A stretch of DNA of 64,000 bases from an uncultured Gemmatimonadales bacterium. GTDB lineage: Bacteria; Gemmatimonadota; Gemmatimonadetes; Gemmatimonadales; GWC2-71-9. The DNA lies in the NCBI GenBank assembly GCA_963704015.1, contig CAVPGI010000002.1, positions 36,537-100,536 on the forward strand, given 5' to 3'. The notes below the pieces were generated by a model that ran no database searches, had not been told where the DNA came from, and was given only the letters and a program-made list of their open reading frames with translations. A program made the position numbers and the translations under genes. How positions within the stretch are numbered: position 1 is the stretch's first letter; every line of letters begins with the position of its first letter. Positions 29,363-40,189 of the stretch are shown in pieces.

Positions 29363-30250
29363 CTACAGCCCCAGGTCCATCGGCACCGGAGGGTTGACCG
29401 AATAGTCGTAGAACCCCTTGCCGCTCTTCCGCCCGTACAGTCCCGGCCAGCACCATTCGCTTGAGCAACGGCGGCGGGGCATACCGCTGTTCCCGGTACT
29501 CGGTCGAACATGATCTCGGCGATCTTGTAGGTCGTATCGTTGCCCACGAAGTCGAGCAGGGTGAGCGGCCCCATCGGATAGCCGCAGCCGAGCTTCATGG
29601 CGTTGTCGATGTCCGCGGTCGAGGCGACGCCGTGCTCCAGGGCCCGGATCGCGTCGAGCAGATAGGGGACCAGCAGCAGGTTGACGATGAATCCCGAGTT
29701 GTCCTTGGCCGCGACCGCTTCCTTGCCGAGGCTCTTGGCGAAGGCGAAGGCCCGGTCGAACGACTCCTGGCTGGTGGTGACGGTCCGCACCACCTCGACC
29801 AGCTGCATCAGCGGCACCGGATTGAAGAAGTGCAGCCCGACGAAGCGGTCGGCCCGCTTGGTGGCCGCGGCCATCGCCGCGATGGTGAGGCTCGAGGTGT
29901 TGGAGGCGAAGATGGTATGGCTGGGGCACATCCCATCCAGCTCCCTCCACAGCCCGTTCTTGAGCTCGAGATCCTCGGTGACCGCTTCGATGACGATGTC
30001 GCAGCTCCGTAGAGCGGCCAGCTCGGTGGTGAAGGTGAGCGGCCCAGCGTCGCGTCGCGGTCGGCGGGTCAGCTTGCCCTTTCTCCACGAACTTGTCCAG
30101 CGACTTCACGATTCCGGCCTTGCCCTTGTCCAGGAAGGGCTGTGGCCACGTCGCGGACCGTGGTCCGAGTAGCCGGCGCTCGCCGCCACCTGGGCGATGC
30201 CGCTGCCCATGAGGCCGCAGCCGAGGACGCCGACGCTTCGGATTTCTGCC
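29363..30250 (-). CDS. 3-hydroxyacyl-CoA (3-hydroxybutyryl-CoA) dehydrogenase; frameshifted
   Basis: MAEIRSVGVLGCGLMGSGIAQV...; NTSSL...GLHFFNPVPLM...GFIVNRLL. Confidence 0.65.
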   Translation of the reverse strand, partial: GRNPKRRRPRLRPHGQRHRPGGGERRLLGPRSATWPQPFLDKGKAGIVKSLDKFVEKGQADPPTATRRWAAHLHHRAGRSTELRHRHRSGHRGSRAQERAVEGAGWDVPQPYHLRLQHLEPHHRGDGRGHQAGRPLRRAALLQSGAADAAGRGGADRHHQPGVVRPGLRLRQEPRQGSGRGQGQLGIHRQPAAGPLSARRDPGPGARRRLDRGHRQRHEARLRLSDGAAHPARLRGQRYDLQDRRDHVRPSTGNSGMPRRRCSSEWCWPGLYGRKSGKGFYDYSVNPPVPMDLGL

Positions 30251-30320
30251 ATCGTTGCCTAGCTCCCAGGCTCGGTGTGACGAATCTACCGCCCAACTCG
30301 GAGGGTGACGAGCGCTCCGC

Positions 30321-31158
30321 TCAAGGCCGGATCGCTTTCCTCACTTCGTCGGCCAGCAAGCCGATCAGGCTGGGGCGGGCGGACGGGAGTTGGAGCGTCC
30401 CCTTCGGCTCGCGTTCCAGGTGGTCCAGCGCCCGCTCCAGGCCGAGATGCATGCGCTCCGTGATCGGCCGGTACTGCCTCCAGGCGACCGCCATCATCCC
30501 CAGAAAGAACAGCGTGGGCACCGCCGCGATCAACGGGAACGGCGTCATGCTCGCCAGGATCGCCGAGATCAGACCGCCCGTGGCCAGGAGCACGAGGCCT
30601 CCGCCCAGCAGCGAGGCCCGCGCCGTCTTCGATTCTCCGCGATGAGCGCCACCAGCGTGATACCCCGGCTCCAGCGGCGTGACCGTGGCGGACACCCGCT
30701 CGGCCCGCTCGAGCATGAACACTCTGCGCCCCGATCCCAGGACCGCCGCCGATCGCCGGAATGCCACCTGCATCCCGCGCAGCGGCTCCCAGGTCATCCG
30801 TCCCTGCTGCTGCCGCTGCACCGTCAGGAGCTCGTTCTCCTCGATCCACCGGAGCAGCCGCTCCTCGATCTCCTCCGGAGTCGCCCCGCACCACCCGCTG
30901 CGCCTGCCACCTCCGCCGGCCGAGCAGCCGGTCGAGGAAGCCGCTCGCCTCGGGGGCATCGGTGCCGGGCGCGCTCCTCCAGCATCGCCTGTTGCAGGTA
31001 GCCGGCCGGGAATGCCCACCTCGTTCCCGAGCGCCAGGACCTCATTGGGCGTGAGCGCGTCGCCGATGTCGCGCTCGCCGGTCTGCAGCTCGGCGGCGCG
31101 CTGGATGATCCGCTCGAGGGCGGCCCGGTCGATCTGGCCCGACGGACCGTCGGTCATG
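30321..31158 (-). CDS. Hypothetical membrane protein; frameshifted
   Basis: TM-helix pair LLGGGLVLLATGGLISAIL...; no recognised domain. Confidence 0.4.
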
Positions 31159-31289
31159 CGGTCAGCCGGTTGCTTCGTCGCCCTTCTGGCCGGTCTCAAC
31201 CGCAGCTGCTGAAGTCCGGCCAGACTCTCGGCCGGCATCGGCTATCCGGGGCGGCAGGGCGGTGGTCAGCGCAGCGGCGGCGCTCGCTG

Positions 31290-32050
31290 CCGGCTCGGTG
31301 CCTTGACCCCTGGATCGCCACGTCGAGGAACGGCCGGAACATCTCGATCGGGATCGGGAAGAGTGTCGTCGAGTTGTTCTCGGCCGCGATCTCGGTGACC
31401 GTCTGGAGGTAGCGCAGCTGGAGCGCCGCCGGCTCGGTGGAGAGGGTGTGCGCCGCATCGGCCAGGGTCTTGCGAGGCCTGCAGCTCGCCCTGGGCCGCG
31501 ATCACCTTGGCCCGGCGCTCCCGCTCCGCCTCGGCCTGCCGCGCCATCGCCCGCTTCATCTCCGTGGGCAGATCCACGTCCTTCACCTCCACCGCCGAGA
31601 CCTCGATGCCCCATGCGTCGGTCCGCTCGTCGATGATCTTCTTGAGGATGGCGTTGATCTTTTCCCGGTCGGCCAGCAGCTCGTCGAGCTCGGTCTCGCC
31701 CAGCACCGACCGCAGCGTGGTCTGCGCCAGCTGGCTGGTGGCGTAGAGGTAGTTCTCGATCTCGATGATGGCCCGTTCGCGGCAGAGCTGACCTTCATGT
31801 ACAGCACCGCGTTCACCTTGACCGAGACGTTGTCCCGGGTGATCACGTCCTGCGGCGGGATGTCGAGCGCCACGATCCGGAGCGAGACCCGCTTCATGTG
31901 CGCCAGGCCGAGCGGCACGAAGATCAGGCCCGGTCCCTTGGTCCCCGGTGTACGCGCCGAGGAAGAAGGTCACCCCGCGCTCGTACTGCTTGAGGACCCG
32001 GAGGCTGGCCACGACAGTAGGCGACGGCCAGCGAGGGCGAGGATGCAGAG
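31290..32050 (-). CDS. SPFH / band-7 (stomatin-like) domain protein; frameshifted
   Basis: [76 protein letters not shown]. Confidence 0.6.
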
Positions 32051-32069
32051 AGCGCCCATCGGTCTCCAG

Positions 32070-33283
32070 CTCGGAAAGGCTTCCACGATGACCGCCGCCC
32101 CCTGGCCGCCGCCGATGCAGGCGCTGCCCAGGCCGAACCGCTTGCCGCGGCGCCGCAGGGCGTGCAGCAGGTGCAGGGTGATCCGGGTGCCGCTCGCCGC
32201 GAGCGGATGGCCGATCGCGATGGCGCCGCCGTCCACGTTGGTACGCTCGCGGTCGAGGCCCAGCTCCTTCTCGACCGCGAGGTACTGCGGCGGCGAACGC
32301 CTCGTTCACCTCGACCAGGTCCATCTGGTCGAGGGTCAGCCCCGCCCTGGCGAGCGCCTTCCGCGCCGCCGGCGCCGGACCGATGCCCATGTACTTGGGC
32401 TCGACTCCGGCCACGGCCCACGCCACCAGCCGGCCGATCGGCTTGAGCTTGCGCTCGCGGACGAATTCCTCGCCGGCGACGATCACCGCGGCGCCGCCGT
32501 CGCAGATCCCGGAGGCGTTCCCGGCCGTGACCACGCCGTCCTTCTTGAAGTAGGGCGGCAGCTTGGCCAGCCCCTCGGCGGTGGTGTCGGGACGCATGTG
32601 CTCGTCGGCCGTCCAAGGCTCGGTCTGCCGGGTCTTCCGGTTCGCGAATCGGCACCGGCACGACTTCGTCCTTGAATGCGCGCTGGAGTCCCACGCGTCC
32701 TTGGCGCGCCCGCTGGCTTCGCAGCGCGTAGGCATCCACCTCCTCGCGGGAGATGTTGTACTTGTCGGCCAGGTTCTCGGCCGTCTCCGCCATGGAGAAG
32801 CCGCACTGCGGATCCTTGAGCGACTCCCAGAGCAGATCCTCGAACGGCGGCCGAGGGCCCCAGCCGGAGGCCCCAGCGCGCGCCGCGCACCACGTGCGGC
32901 GCCTGGCTCATCGACTCGGCGCCGCCGGCGAGCACGACGCTCGACTCGCCGAGCAGGATCTGCTGGGCGCCCTGGATGATGGATTCGAAGCCGGAGCCGC
33001 AGAGCCGGTTCACCGTGACCGCGGGCGTCTCGATCGGGAGCCCCGCCTTGAGCCCTACGTGCCGCGCGAGGTAGATCGCATCGGCCGAGGTCTGCAGCGC
33101 GTTGCCGAAGACCACGTGGTCGATCTCCCCCGCGGCCAGGCCCGACCGAGCCAATGCCCCTTGGGCCGCGATCACGCCAAGTTCAATGGCGGAAAGGTCC
33201 TTGAGGGTGCCGCCGAAGCTCCCGAACCCGGTCCGGGCGCCGGAGAGAAAGAGGACGTCGTGCTGCTGGCCTTGGGTCTTCAT
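32070..33283 (-). CDS. Acetyl-CoA C-acetyltransferase (thiolase II); frameshifted
   Basis: N-terminal [13 protein letters not shown]...[12 protein letters not shown] (active-site Cys); C-terminal [17 protein letters not shown]...[17 protein letters not shown]. Confidence 0.7.
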
Positions 33284-33366
33284 GGGTGCCGCTTCGGCCT
33301 CCTGGGTGGGGTCGTTCAGGGGGCGGAAATATGACTGGGCGGCAGGGGGGATTCAAGCAAACGCGC

Positions 33367-33747
33367 CTACCGGTGGCTCCCGTCGCGCAGGATTCCGAGC
33401 ATGGTCGCGAGCACGACCAGGGTCCAGATGGCCCAGGCGACCAGGCGGATGGTGGGCTCTCGCTGACGCATCTGGCGCACCAGGGGTCGGTCCGGAGAGG
33501 TCAGCTTGGCTTGGGCTTCGATCAGCGCACGAACCAGGAGGGGGACGACGCTGTAGGAGAACACCACCAGGGCCAGGACCAGGGTTACGCCCATGAACAG
33601 GGCCATCCGGGTGCCGGGGAACGAGGGGTCACGGTCGTAGAGCCAGTTCCCTCCCACGGCCACGGCCACGGCACCCAGCCCCGATATCGCCGACGCGGTC
33701 ACCCAGCGTCGCACATCGGGGCCGGCGGTCGAGGAGACCTCGCTCAT
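33367..33747 (-). CDS. Small membrane protein, hypothetical
   Basis: Three TM helices. Confidence 0.45.
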   Translation of the reverse strand: MSEVSSTAGPDVRRWVTASAISGLGAVAVAVGGNWLYDRDPSFPGTRMALFMGVTLVLALVVFSYSVVPLLVRALIEAQAKLTSPDRPLVRQMRQREPTIRLVAWAIWTLVVLATMLGILRDGSHR

Positions 33748-34541
33748 CGGATCTTGGTGGCTCGCTTGTCGCCTTCCGGGCGGTCGAAGACGATGCTGAG
33801 ACAGGTCACGCCGGCTTCCGCCTTGATGAACTCGGAGAGCTCTACCGGCCGCACCTTGAATCCCATCTTGCTGAGCAGCTTCTGGGTCAGCGGATGCTCG
33901 GCCGCGACCAGGCCGGTCTCCCCGATCATGAGAACGTTGGCGCCGCGGGGCTCGCTCGAGGTGACCTCGATGATCTCATAGCCCCGGAAGGCCCGGGTAT
34001 CGACCCAGGAGCTGTTGACGAAGAAGATGTTGCGGCCCAGGTAGGAGCAGGCCGACTTGAGATGGAGGCAGCCCCGAATGGCGACCGGGACCACGCGATA
34101 CTCGAACGGTGTGAGAATGTCCCGCAGGCCGTCGATTCCGGCCTGATTGGTGCGCCGCGAGAGCCCGACGTAGAGCGTCTTCCCGACCCGGAGCACGTCT
34201 CCGCCCTCCAGCGTCCCGGTCGATTTCATCGAGAGCACCCGGCGGCAGAAGGCGAGCTCCTCCGCCACGCTGAACACCTCGCCCGCTCGAGAGGCGACGC
34301 CCATGCGGGCCGGGACCAGCACTTCATCCAACACCACGGCCGTGTCTTCCACGAACACCGCGTCGGGCAGGCTGTCCATGGCCGGCATCGCCATCACGTT
34401 GACATTCAGCTCGCGGAGGGCGGCCTGGTAGGCGGCGTGCTGCTGGCGGGCCAGCGCCACGTCGATGGGCTGTCGTTTGAGGTAGACCAGCTCGCAATCG
34501 GGCAGGCTCGCGCTCACCCCGCGTGTGAGGGCACTCAGCAC
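33744..34541 (-). CDS. Dimethylarginine dimethylaminohydrolase / amidinotransferase-family protein
   Basis: DDAH-like length and motifs (C-terminal ...AGVTCLSIV catalytic Cys region). Confidence 0.55.
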   Translation of the reverse strand: MLSALTRGVSASLPDCELVYLKRQPIDVALARQQHAAYQAALRELNVNVMAMPAMDSLPDAVFVEDTAVVLDEVLVPARMGVASRAGEVFSVAEELAFCRRVLSMKSTGTLEGGDVLRVGKTLYVGLSRRTNQAGIDGLRDILTPFEYRVVPVAIRGCLHLKSACSYLGRNIFFVNSSWVDTRAFRGYEIIEVTSSEPRGANVLMIGETGLVAAEHPLTQKLLSKMGFKVRPVELSEFIKAEAGVTCLSIVFDRPEGDKRATKIR

Positions 34542-35599
34542 AACGCCTCCCTCACCGCGCGGGCCACTTCACGGGTTCCCGCCTTGCCCCCGAGGTCCGG
34601 GGTACACGGACCCTCCGCGATCACGCTTCGTACGGCCGATTCGATTCGGCGCGCGGCGTCCGCATGCCCCAGCTGTTCGAGCATCAAGCCCCCGGTGAGA
34701 ATGGTCGCCATGGGATTGGCGAGGTCCTTGCCTGCCAGCGCCGGGGCCGAGCCGTGCACCGGCTCGAACAAGCCGGGACGTCCCGGATGCAGGTTGGCAC
34801 TGGCCGCGAGGCCCAGCCCACCCACCAGCGCGGCACCCAAGTCGGAAAGAATGTCTCCATACAGGTTGTTGGCGACAATGACCTGGAACCGTGCCGGATC
34901 CTGGACCAGCTCCATCGCGAGCGCATCCACGTAGCGGTGCTCCCGCTCGAGCTCCGGGTAGCGCTGTCCTACCTCGGCGAACACGGTGCCCCAGATTCGG
35001 TGAAAGGGGATCGCGTTCGACTTGTCAGTCAAGGTAAGCCGGGTCTTCCCATGCGCCTTGGCCCAGGCGAAGGCGGCCTCGATCAGGCGCAGCACGCCCC
35101 GGCGGGTGTGGATCTCCTCGGAGACGTGCCGCTCCTCCGGAGTGCCGACCCCTTCGGAGCGGCCGAGTCCCCGATATTGTCCCTCGGTATTTTCGCGGAA
35201 GACCACAAAGTCGATGGTCGAGGGTTTTCCGGCGGCCCCGACCGCTTTGAGGGGCGTGAGCCGCGGGTGGAGCAACACCACGGGGCGAAAGTTGATGTAG
35301 AGATCGAGCCGGAAGCGGAGGCCCAGGAGAATGTCCCGGGCATGCTGGTTACCCGGCACCCGTGGGTCCCCCAAGGCCCCAACGAAGATGGCATCCGCCT
35401 GGTCGCGCAGGCGCTCAAAGGCCTGGTCGGGCAGAGTCTCGCCGGTGGCCAGATAGTGATCCGCGGAGTAGGGAAGGACCTCCCGGACCAGCTCGATCCC
35501 ATCCCGGCTCGCAGCCGCCTCAATGACGTCGAACCCCGCCGTCACTACTTCGGGGCCAATGCCGTCTCCAGGTATGATGGCGATGCGATGGCTAGGCAT
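34535..35599 (-). CDS. Isopropylmalate / tartrate dehydrogenase-family (isocitrate-DH superfamily) oxidoreductase
   Basis: IAIIPGDGIGPEV...; NLYGDILSDLGAALVGGLGLAASANL; intact 354 aa. Confidence 0.7.
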   Translation of the reverse strand: MPSHRIAIIPGDGIGPEVVTAGFDVIEAAASRDGIELVREVLPYSADHYLATGETLPDQAFERLRDQADAIFVGALGDPRVPGNQHARDILLGLRFRLDLYINFRPVVLLHPRLTPLKAVGAAGKPSTIDFVVFRENTEGQYRGLGRSEGVGTPEERHVSEEIHTRRGVLRLIEAAFAWAKAHGKTRLTLTDKSNAIPFHRIWGTVFAEVGQRYPELEREHRYVDALAMELVQDPARFQVIVANNLYGDILSDLGAALVGGLGLAASANLHPGRPGLFEPVHGSAPALAGKDLANPMATILTGGLMLEQLGHADAARRIESAVRSVIAEGPCTPDLGGKAGTREVARAVREALC

Positions 35600-35681
35600 G
35601 GATGGCCCTGCGAGGGGACAGGGGCGAACGTCGAGCGCGGGATGGTGGGCGGGGAATTGGTCCCGTTCCCGACTTCACCGG

Positions 35682-36371
35682 TTAGGCCTCTCCTACGAAG
35701 TGCCCGCAGCTGACGCAGTGCTTCCAGCCCAGCTCGATCTCGCTCTGGCACTCTGGGCACCTGGTGTAGACCTGGTTCTGTCCGCAGTGGGGGCAGAAGT
35801 TGACGGCCCGATTGGCGGGGAGCGCTCCCCCGCAGTAGCTGCACCGGGGGCTGCGCCCGGGCCGAGCCGATTCTTCACCCTCTGGTAGGCTGAACCGCAA
35901 AACGTCTTCCGGTCGATCCTTGGGTGGGACCGGGGCCGCTGCGGGGGTGGGGGTGGGGGCGGGGGCCGGCAGGGGCGGCAGCTCCTCCTCGAAGACCTCG
36001 GGTGGAGCGAAGGCCGCCTCGGGGTCGGGGCCGAGCGCGTGAGCCAGCGGCTCGGTCCCGAGTCGGACGTCGGCATCGGCCAGCTCGCGGAGCAGGGCGA
36101 GGTCCGGATTCTTCTCCTGCAGCTCGAGCGCGAACTGCTGCTGGACCGGCTCGGAGACCATCTCGAAGTATCCCCCCTGGCCCGCGCAGAGGCGCATCAG
36201 CAGGAGGTCGTAGTCCTCATTGGTTTCGAGCTCGAGGGGCCGCCGGTTGGTTCGATAGGGGACGATCGAATCGAAGATCTCACCGACCCTGATAGGGCGG
36301 TGGAGCCGAGCCGGGTCGATGGCGATGAGATTATCAACCAGCCGGCGAAAGAAGCGCTCGAGGTCGGTCAT
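35682..36371 (-). CDS. Hypothetical protein with C-terminal double zinc-ribbon (CSYCG...CPHCG...CPEC...CVSCG)
   Basis: Four CxxC pairs at the C-terminus. Confidence 0.5.
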   Translation of the reverse strand: MTDLERFFRRLVDNLIAIDPARLHRPIRVGEIFDSIVPYRTNRRPLELETNEDYDLLLMRLCAGQGGYFEMVSEPVQQQFALELQEKNPDLALLRELADADVRLGTEPLAHALGPDPEAAFAPPEVFEEELPPLPAPAPTPTPAAAPVPPKDRPEDVLRFSLPEGEESARPGRSPRCSYCGGALPANRAVNFCPHCGQNQVYTRCPECQSEIELGWKHCVSCGHFVGEA

Positions 36372-36492
36372 CGGAGGCTGGTCGCTCGTGGGGGTGTGGG
36401 GCTATCATTCCCAATCTCCCAATTCCTTCCGTCATAGGGTCTTGCCCGTGGCAGGTTAGAGGTCGATCCGCTCACTGTCAAGCAAGGGAGTC

Positions 36493-37350
36493 TTGATGCA
36501 CCGTCCACTGCTCGCACTCTTCGCCGGCCTGCTGGTCCCGGCCGCCGCTTGGGCCCAGGTGGATTGCACCGAGGGTCATCTCCCCCACAACTCGAACGAA
36601 GCGAAGATCTTCAAGACCTTCGCGGTCCCCCTGGCCTTCGATGCCGCCCGGGCTCCGCTTCCGCCGCGCATGGGATCCGTCACCGTGGCGATCGAGGCAA
36701 GCTACATCCCCCAGCTCGACTCGGCCGACCGGGTGCCGAGCTATTGCCGGCCGGGGAAGGCGGCGGAACATACCAATCTGCGGTCGTGGTCGGTGCGGCC
36801 CCGACTGGTCCTGGCCGGTGGTCAGGGCTTCTTCCTCGAGCTCGCTTACATTCCGCCCATCCGCATCAACGGCGTCAAGGCCAGCGTGTTCGGGATCGCG
36901 GCCGGGCGGGCGGTAGCGACCAAGAAGACCGCCACCCAGATTCGCGCCTACTACCAGTTCGGCACCATCAACGGCCCGGTGACCTGCGACCAGAACGCCG
37001 TGAATGATCCCACCAGTGAGTGCTTCGGAGAGCCCGTCTCGGACGACGAGTACAAGCCCAATCAATTCGGCTTCGACGCCTCGATAGGACTTCCGCTCGG
37101 TGGGGGGCGCTTCACGCCCTACGTGGGTATGGGGGTCAACTTCCTGCGCCCGAGATTCACGGTCAGCTCGACCGGACAGAAGGTGGAGATGAACGATACC
37201 AGGATGGCCGTGATGGGCGGCGCGAGCCTGTTCATCACGCGGTCGCTTCAGCTTAGCGGCGAGGCCTACGCCGACCCGGCTGAGGCAGTGACCGGCCGGT
37301 TCGTGGTGAGCTACGCGTTTGGGGGGTACACGGGAAAGAGGCGGCACTAG
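36493..37350 (+). CDS. Secreted outer-membrane beta-barrel-like protein, hypothetical
   Basis: Signal peptide; alternating amphipathic strands; C-terminal aromatic residue. Confidence 0.5.
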   Translation: MMHRPLLALFAGLLVPAAAWAQVDCTEGHLPHNSNEAKIFKTFAVPLAFDAARAPLPPRMGSVTVAIEASYIPQLDSADRVPSYCRPGKAAEHTNLRSWSVRPRLVLAGGQGFFLELAYIPPIRINGVKASVFGIAAGRAVATKKTATQIRAYYQFGTINGPVTCDQNAVNDPTSECFGEPVSDDEYKPNQFGFDASIGLPLGGGRFTPYVGMGVNFLRPRFTVSSTGQKVEMNDTRMAVMGGASLFITRSLQLSGEAYADPAEAVTGRFVVSYAFGGYTGKRRH

Positions 37351-37409
37351 GAACGAGTGTGTCTCGGCCTACCTGCCCCATTGCTTGACGTCCTCTACGA
37401 ACGCGGTAT

Positions 37410-37972
37410 CCGGGTCGTAGTCCGCGTAGAGTCCGAGCTTTCTCTTCTGCTCCAACCAGGCTTCGAATCCGGAATCGACGATTCCTTGTCGAGGTGATCT
37501 GCTCGGTTGCCGCCTTCACCGCGAGGTCGTTGGCGTATTCGTTCTTGGCGTGCCCCTGATGGCCCCGGACCCAGCTCCAGTGGACGTCATGCTTCCCGGC
37601 CGAGTACACCAGGGTCTGCCACAGCTCCAGGTTCTCGATGGCCCCGCCTTTTCGCTTCCAGCCCCGCTGGATCCAGCCCGGGACCCATTCCTTCATCCCC
37701 TTGACCAGGTACTCGGAATCGGACACGGCCAGGACCCGTAGCCTCCGCCCCTTCCCAGCCAGGAGCTGTAGGGCGGCGATGGCGCCAGCCAGGGCCATCC
37801 GGTTGTTGGTGGTGTCGGGGGCGCTGATGTAGAAGTCCCGCCGCTCGATACCCCGCCCGGTCCGGGTTTCGATCAGTCCGGCCGCCCCGCCCGGTGTGGC
37901 GCCGTCCCGGCCGTTGCCGAGACAGCTCTCGTCAAGATGAAGAACGACGATGGGAGCCGGTGGTGCGGGCAC
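37410..37972 (-). CDS. rnhA: Ribonuclease HI; C-terminal frameshift or extension
   Basis: VLHLDESCLGNG...TNNRMALAGAIAALQLL...VSDSEYLVKGMKEWVPGWIQRGWKRKGG...HWSWVRGHQGHAKNEYANDLA. Confidence 0.7.
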
Positions 37973-37974
37973 TC

Positions 37975-38817
37975 AGGTCCTGCGGTTCGTTGTGGACCAG
38001 CACGGGAATGTCGGTAGCGCGTAGGATCGCCTCGGTGTGGGACGGGAAGCTCCCACCCGCTCGGCTCGCGGTGGGCCCCCGTGAACAGGCCGTTGCAGTG
38101 CAGCCGCTGGACCACGCGCGCCACCACCTCCGACACCTGACCCACCTCGAAGTGGGTCTCGAACTGAAGCGGAGTGCTGGAGAGCGCCATGGCGGCGTGC
38201 GCCAAGACTTCCTGTCCCTTACCCTCCTCACCCGCCTGGGCAGCGTGGATCACATCCAGATGGGCGCCCGCCACCTCGGCGTAGCGCGCGGCAAGCGAGA
38301 GGGCCAGCACGCTGGTCGGCCCGCCGTCGTAGGCCACCGCGCAGCGATCCAGGGAGCTGATCACCGATCCACAAGCGATCACCGGCACCGGCGACCGACG
38401 GATCAGCTGCCGGGTATCGGGGCCCAGCGGGTCCCCACCCCCCGACTTGCGTCCCACCCGGCCGACGAAAACCGCGTCCGCATGCTCCGCCAACGCCGCC
38501 AACTCCGCGACCACGTCTCCACTGCCGTAGGCGATTTCGACCTTTAGACCGGCCCGCTCTACGGCTCCGGCGGCATCCTCGAGAAACCGGAGGCCCGCCT
38601 CCTCGAGGTCTCGCGCCACATCTCCGGATCCAGAGGGGCGCCCTTCGCGCCAGGGGGCTCCCAGAGTCTGGATCAGGGCCGCCTGATGGAGTGCCGCGCG
38701 GGTGATGTGCGCCAGGACCAGGGTCGAGCGGAATTGCTGGCCGACCAGAATGGCCTGAGCCAGGGCCACTTCACTCGGAGGTGATCCATCCAGGCCGATC
38801 AGCAGCGTGGTGAACAT
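37975..38817 (-). CDS. Tandem universal-stress-protein (UspA) domain protein; frameshifted
   Basis: Two USP-like halves; SHTEAILRATDIPVLV in an alternate frame at the 3' end. Confidence 0.55.
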
Positions 38818-38869
38818 GAGTGGACGGTGGGGGATGGGGCGGGAAAGGTCAAGAGAGGCCGAGCCTCAG

Positions 38870-39085
38870 AGGACCTGAAACGCCTCCAGATCGTCCAGCG
38901 CGAACTCCATCTCGGACCCGGTCATCGGGAGCTCGCCCGACCAGGGATTCCCGGTGCCCCTCGGTAACCAGTCGAAGGGCCACCACCACATACTCGGTCC
39001 CGCGCCGCACCAGCACCACTCGTCGGCCCTGGCGTGCCGCACTCTCCAGCTGATCGAGCCGCTCGGGCGTCCACCGCAGTCCCAC
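38870..39085 (-). CDS. Possible Phd/YefM-like antitoxin-fold small ORF (orphan, frameshifted). Weak call.
   Basis: RWTPERLDQLESAARQGRRVVLVRRGTEYVVVAL resembles the Phd/YefM N-terminus. No toxin partner found. Confidence 0.25.
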
Positions 39086-39196
39086 GCTAGCTGCCTCCCC
39101 TCGTTGGCCCCGGCGGTGGTGTTGACACCTCCCACCGGGACGCGGACCTTGAGGGTCCTCCCTTTCCCGGTACGACGCCTCGCCAGGAGGTCGACT

Positions 39197-40180
39197 CTGC
39201 TGGTCCTCACGCGCTCAGACGTCGAGCGGCTGCTTCCGATGTCCGCCTGCATCCCTCTCATGGCCGATGCCCTGGCGGCGCGCGCCCGCGGTGAGGCCAT
39301 CCAGCCTCTGCGCACTCCGATACACCTTCCGGACGGCAGGGGCCTCATGGTCACCATGCCGGCCTGGGTCGGCTCGCCGCCCGCGCTGGGGGTCAAGGTC
39401 ATCTCGGTGTTCGCCGGCAATCGGGAGCGCGGAGAAGACAGCCACCAGGGAGCCGTCCTCGCCATCGACCCGGCCAGCGGCGCGCTCCTGGCACTCCTGG
39501 AAGCGGGAGCGGTCACCGCGATACGTACCGCCGCCGTCTCCGGAGTGGCCACGCAGCGATTGGCTGTGGCCGCTGCGGAGGATCTGGCCATCCTGGGCGC
39601 CGGGACCCAGGCCGTGTCCCACCTCGAGGCCATGTGCGCCGTCCGCCCCATCAAGCGGGTACGGATCTGGAACCGCAGCCCCGAGCGGGCCGGATCTCTG
39701 GCCTCGCTGGCTCGGGAGAAGTTCGGACTATCGACCAAGGTGGTCAATGCCCCCATTGAGGCGGTGACCGGTGCCACGATCGTCTGCACCGTCACCGGGG
39801 CGCCGGAACCGGTGGTCGAGGGAGAATGGTTGAGTCCGGGTACGCACATCAATGCGGTCGGCTCCTCCGTCCCGAGCACCCGCGAGCTCGATACCGATGC
39901 GGTGGCGAGGGCCAGCCTGTTCGTGGACTCGCGGGAATCGGCCCTGAACGAAGCGGGAGACCTTCTGATTCCGATGCAGGAAGGCCGCCTGACCGAGACC
40001 CACATTCGGGCCGAGCTGGGCGAGGTCCTCGTCGGGCGACACCCGGGGCGTTCCTCCGCGACGGAGATCACGCTCTTCAAGTCGCTGGGATTGGGCATCG
40101 AGGACGTCGCCGCCGCCTGCTTTGTGGTGGAACAGGCGAGACGCGCCGGGGTGGGCCGAGAGGTGCCGCTGCTGACCTGA
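39197..40180 (+). CDS. Ornithine cyclodeaminase / mu-crystallin family protein
   Basis: Rossmann AILGAGTQA..., OCD-family length; start codon uncertain (no ATG; RBS AGGAGG at about 39185). Confidence 0.65.
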   Translation: MLVLTRSDVERLLPMSACIPLMADALAARARGEAIQPLRTPIHLPDGRGLMVTMPAWVGSPPALGVKVISVFAGNRERGEDSHQGAVLAIDPASGALLALLEAGAVTAIRTAAVSGVATQRLAVAAAEDLAILGAGTQAVSHLEAMCAVRPIKRVRIWNRSPERAGSLASLAREKFGLSTKVVNAPIEAVTGATIVCTVTGAPEPVVEGEWLSPGTHINAVGSSVPSTRELDTDAVARASLFVDSRESALNEAGDLLIPMQEGRLTETHIRAELGEVLVGRHPGRSSATEITLFKSLGLGIEDVAAACFVVEQARRAGVGREVPLLT

Positions 40181-40189
40181 AGGCGCGGG

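Noticed and set aside
6136-38817. Frameshifted housekeeping genes as genuine pseudogenes (genome decay)
   Set aside because: Indels sit in CC/CCC and GG/GGG runs and motifs continue perfectly in the shifted frame. Essential genes (thyX, rnhA) are affected. Sequencing or assembly error is more parsimonious, but needs read-level confirmation.
38870-39085. Phd/YefM-like antitoxin as part of a complete toxin-antitoxin module
   Set aside because: Weak N-terminal similarity only, an internal frameshift, and no adjacent toxin gene. Kept as a low-confidence feature, not a finding.
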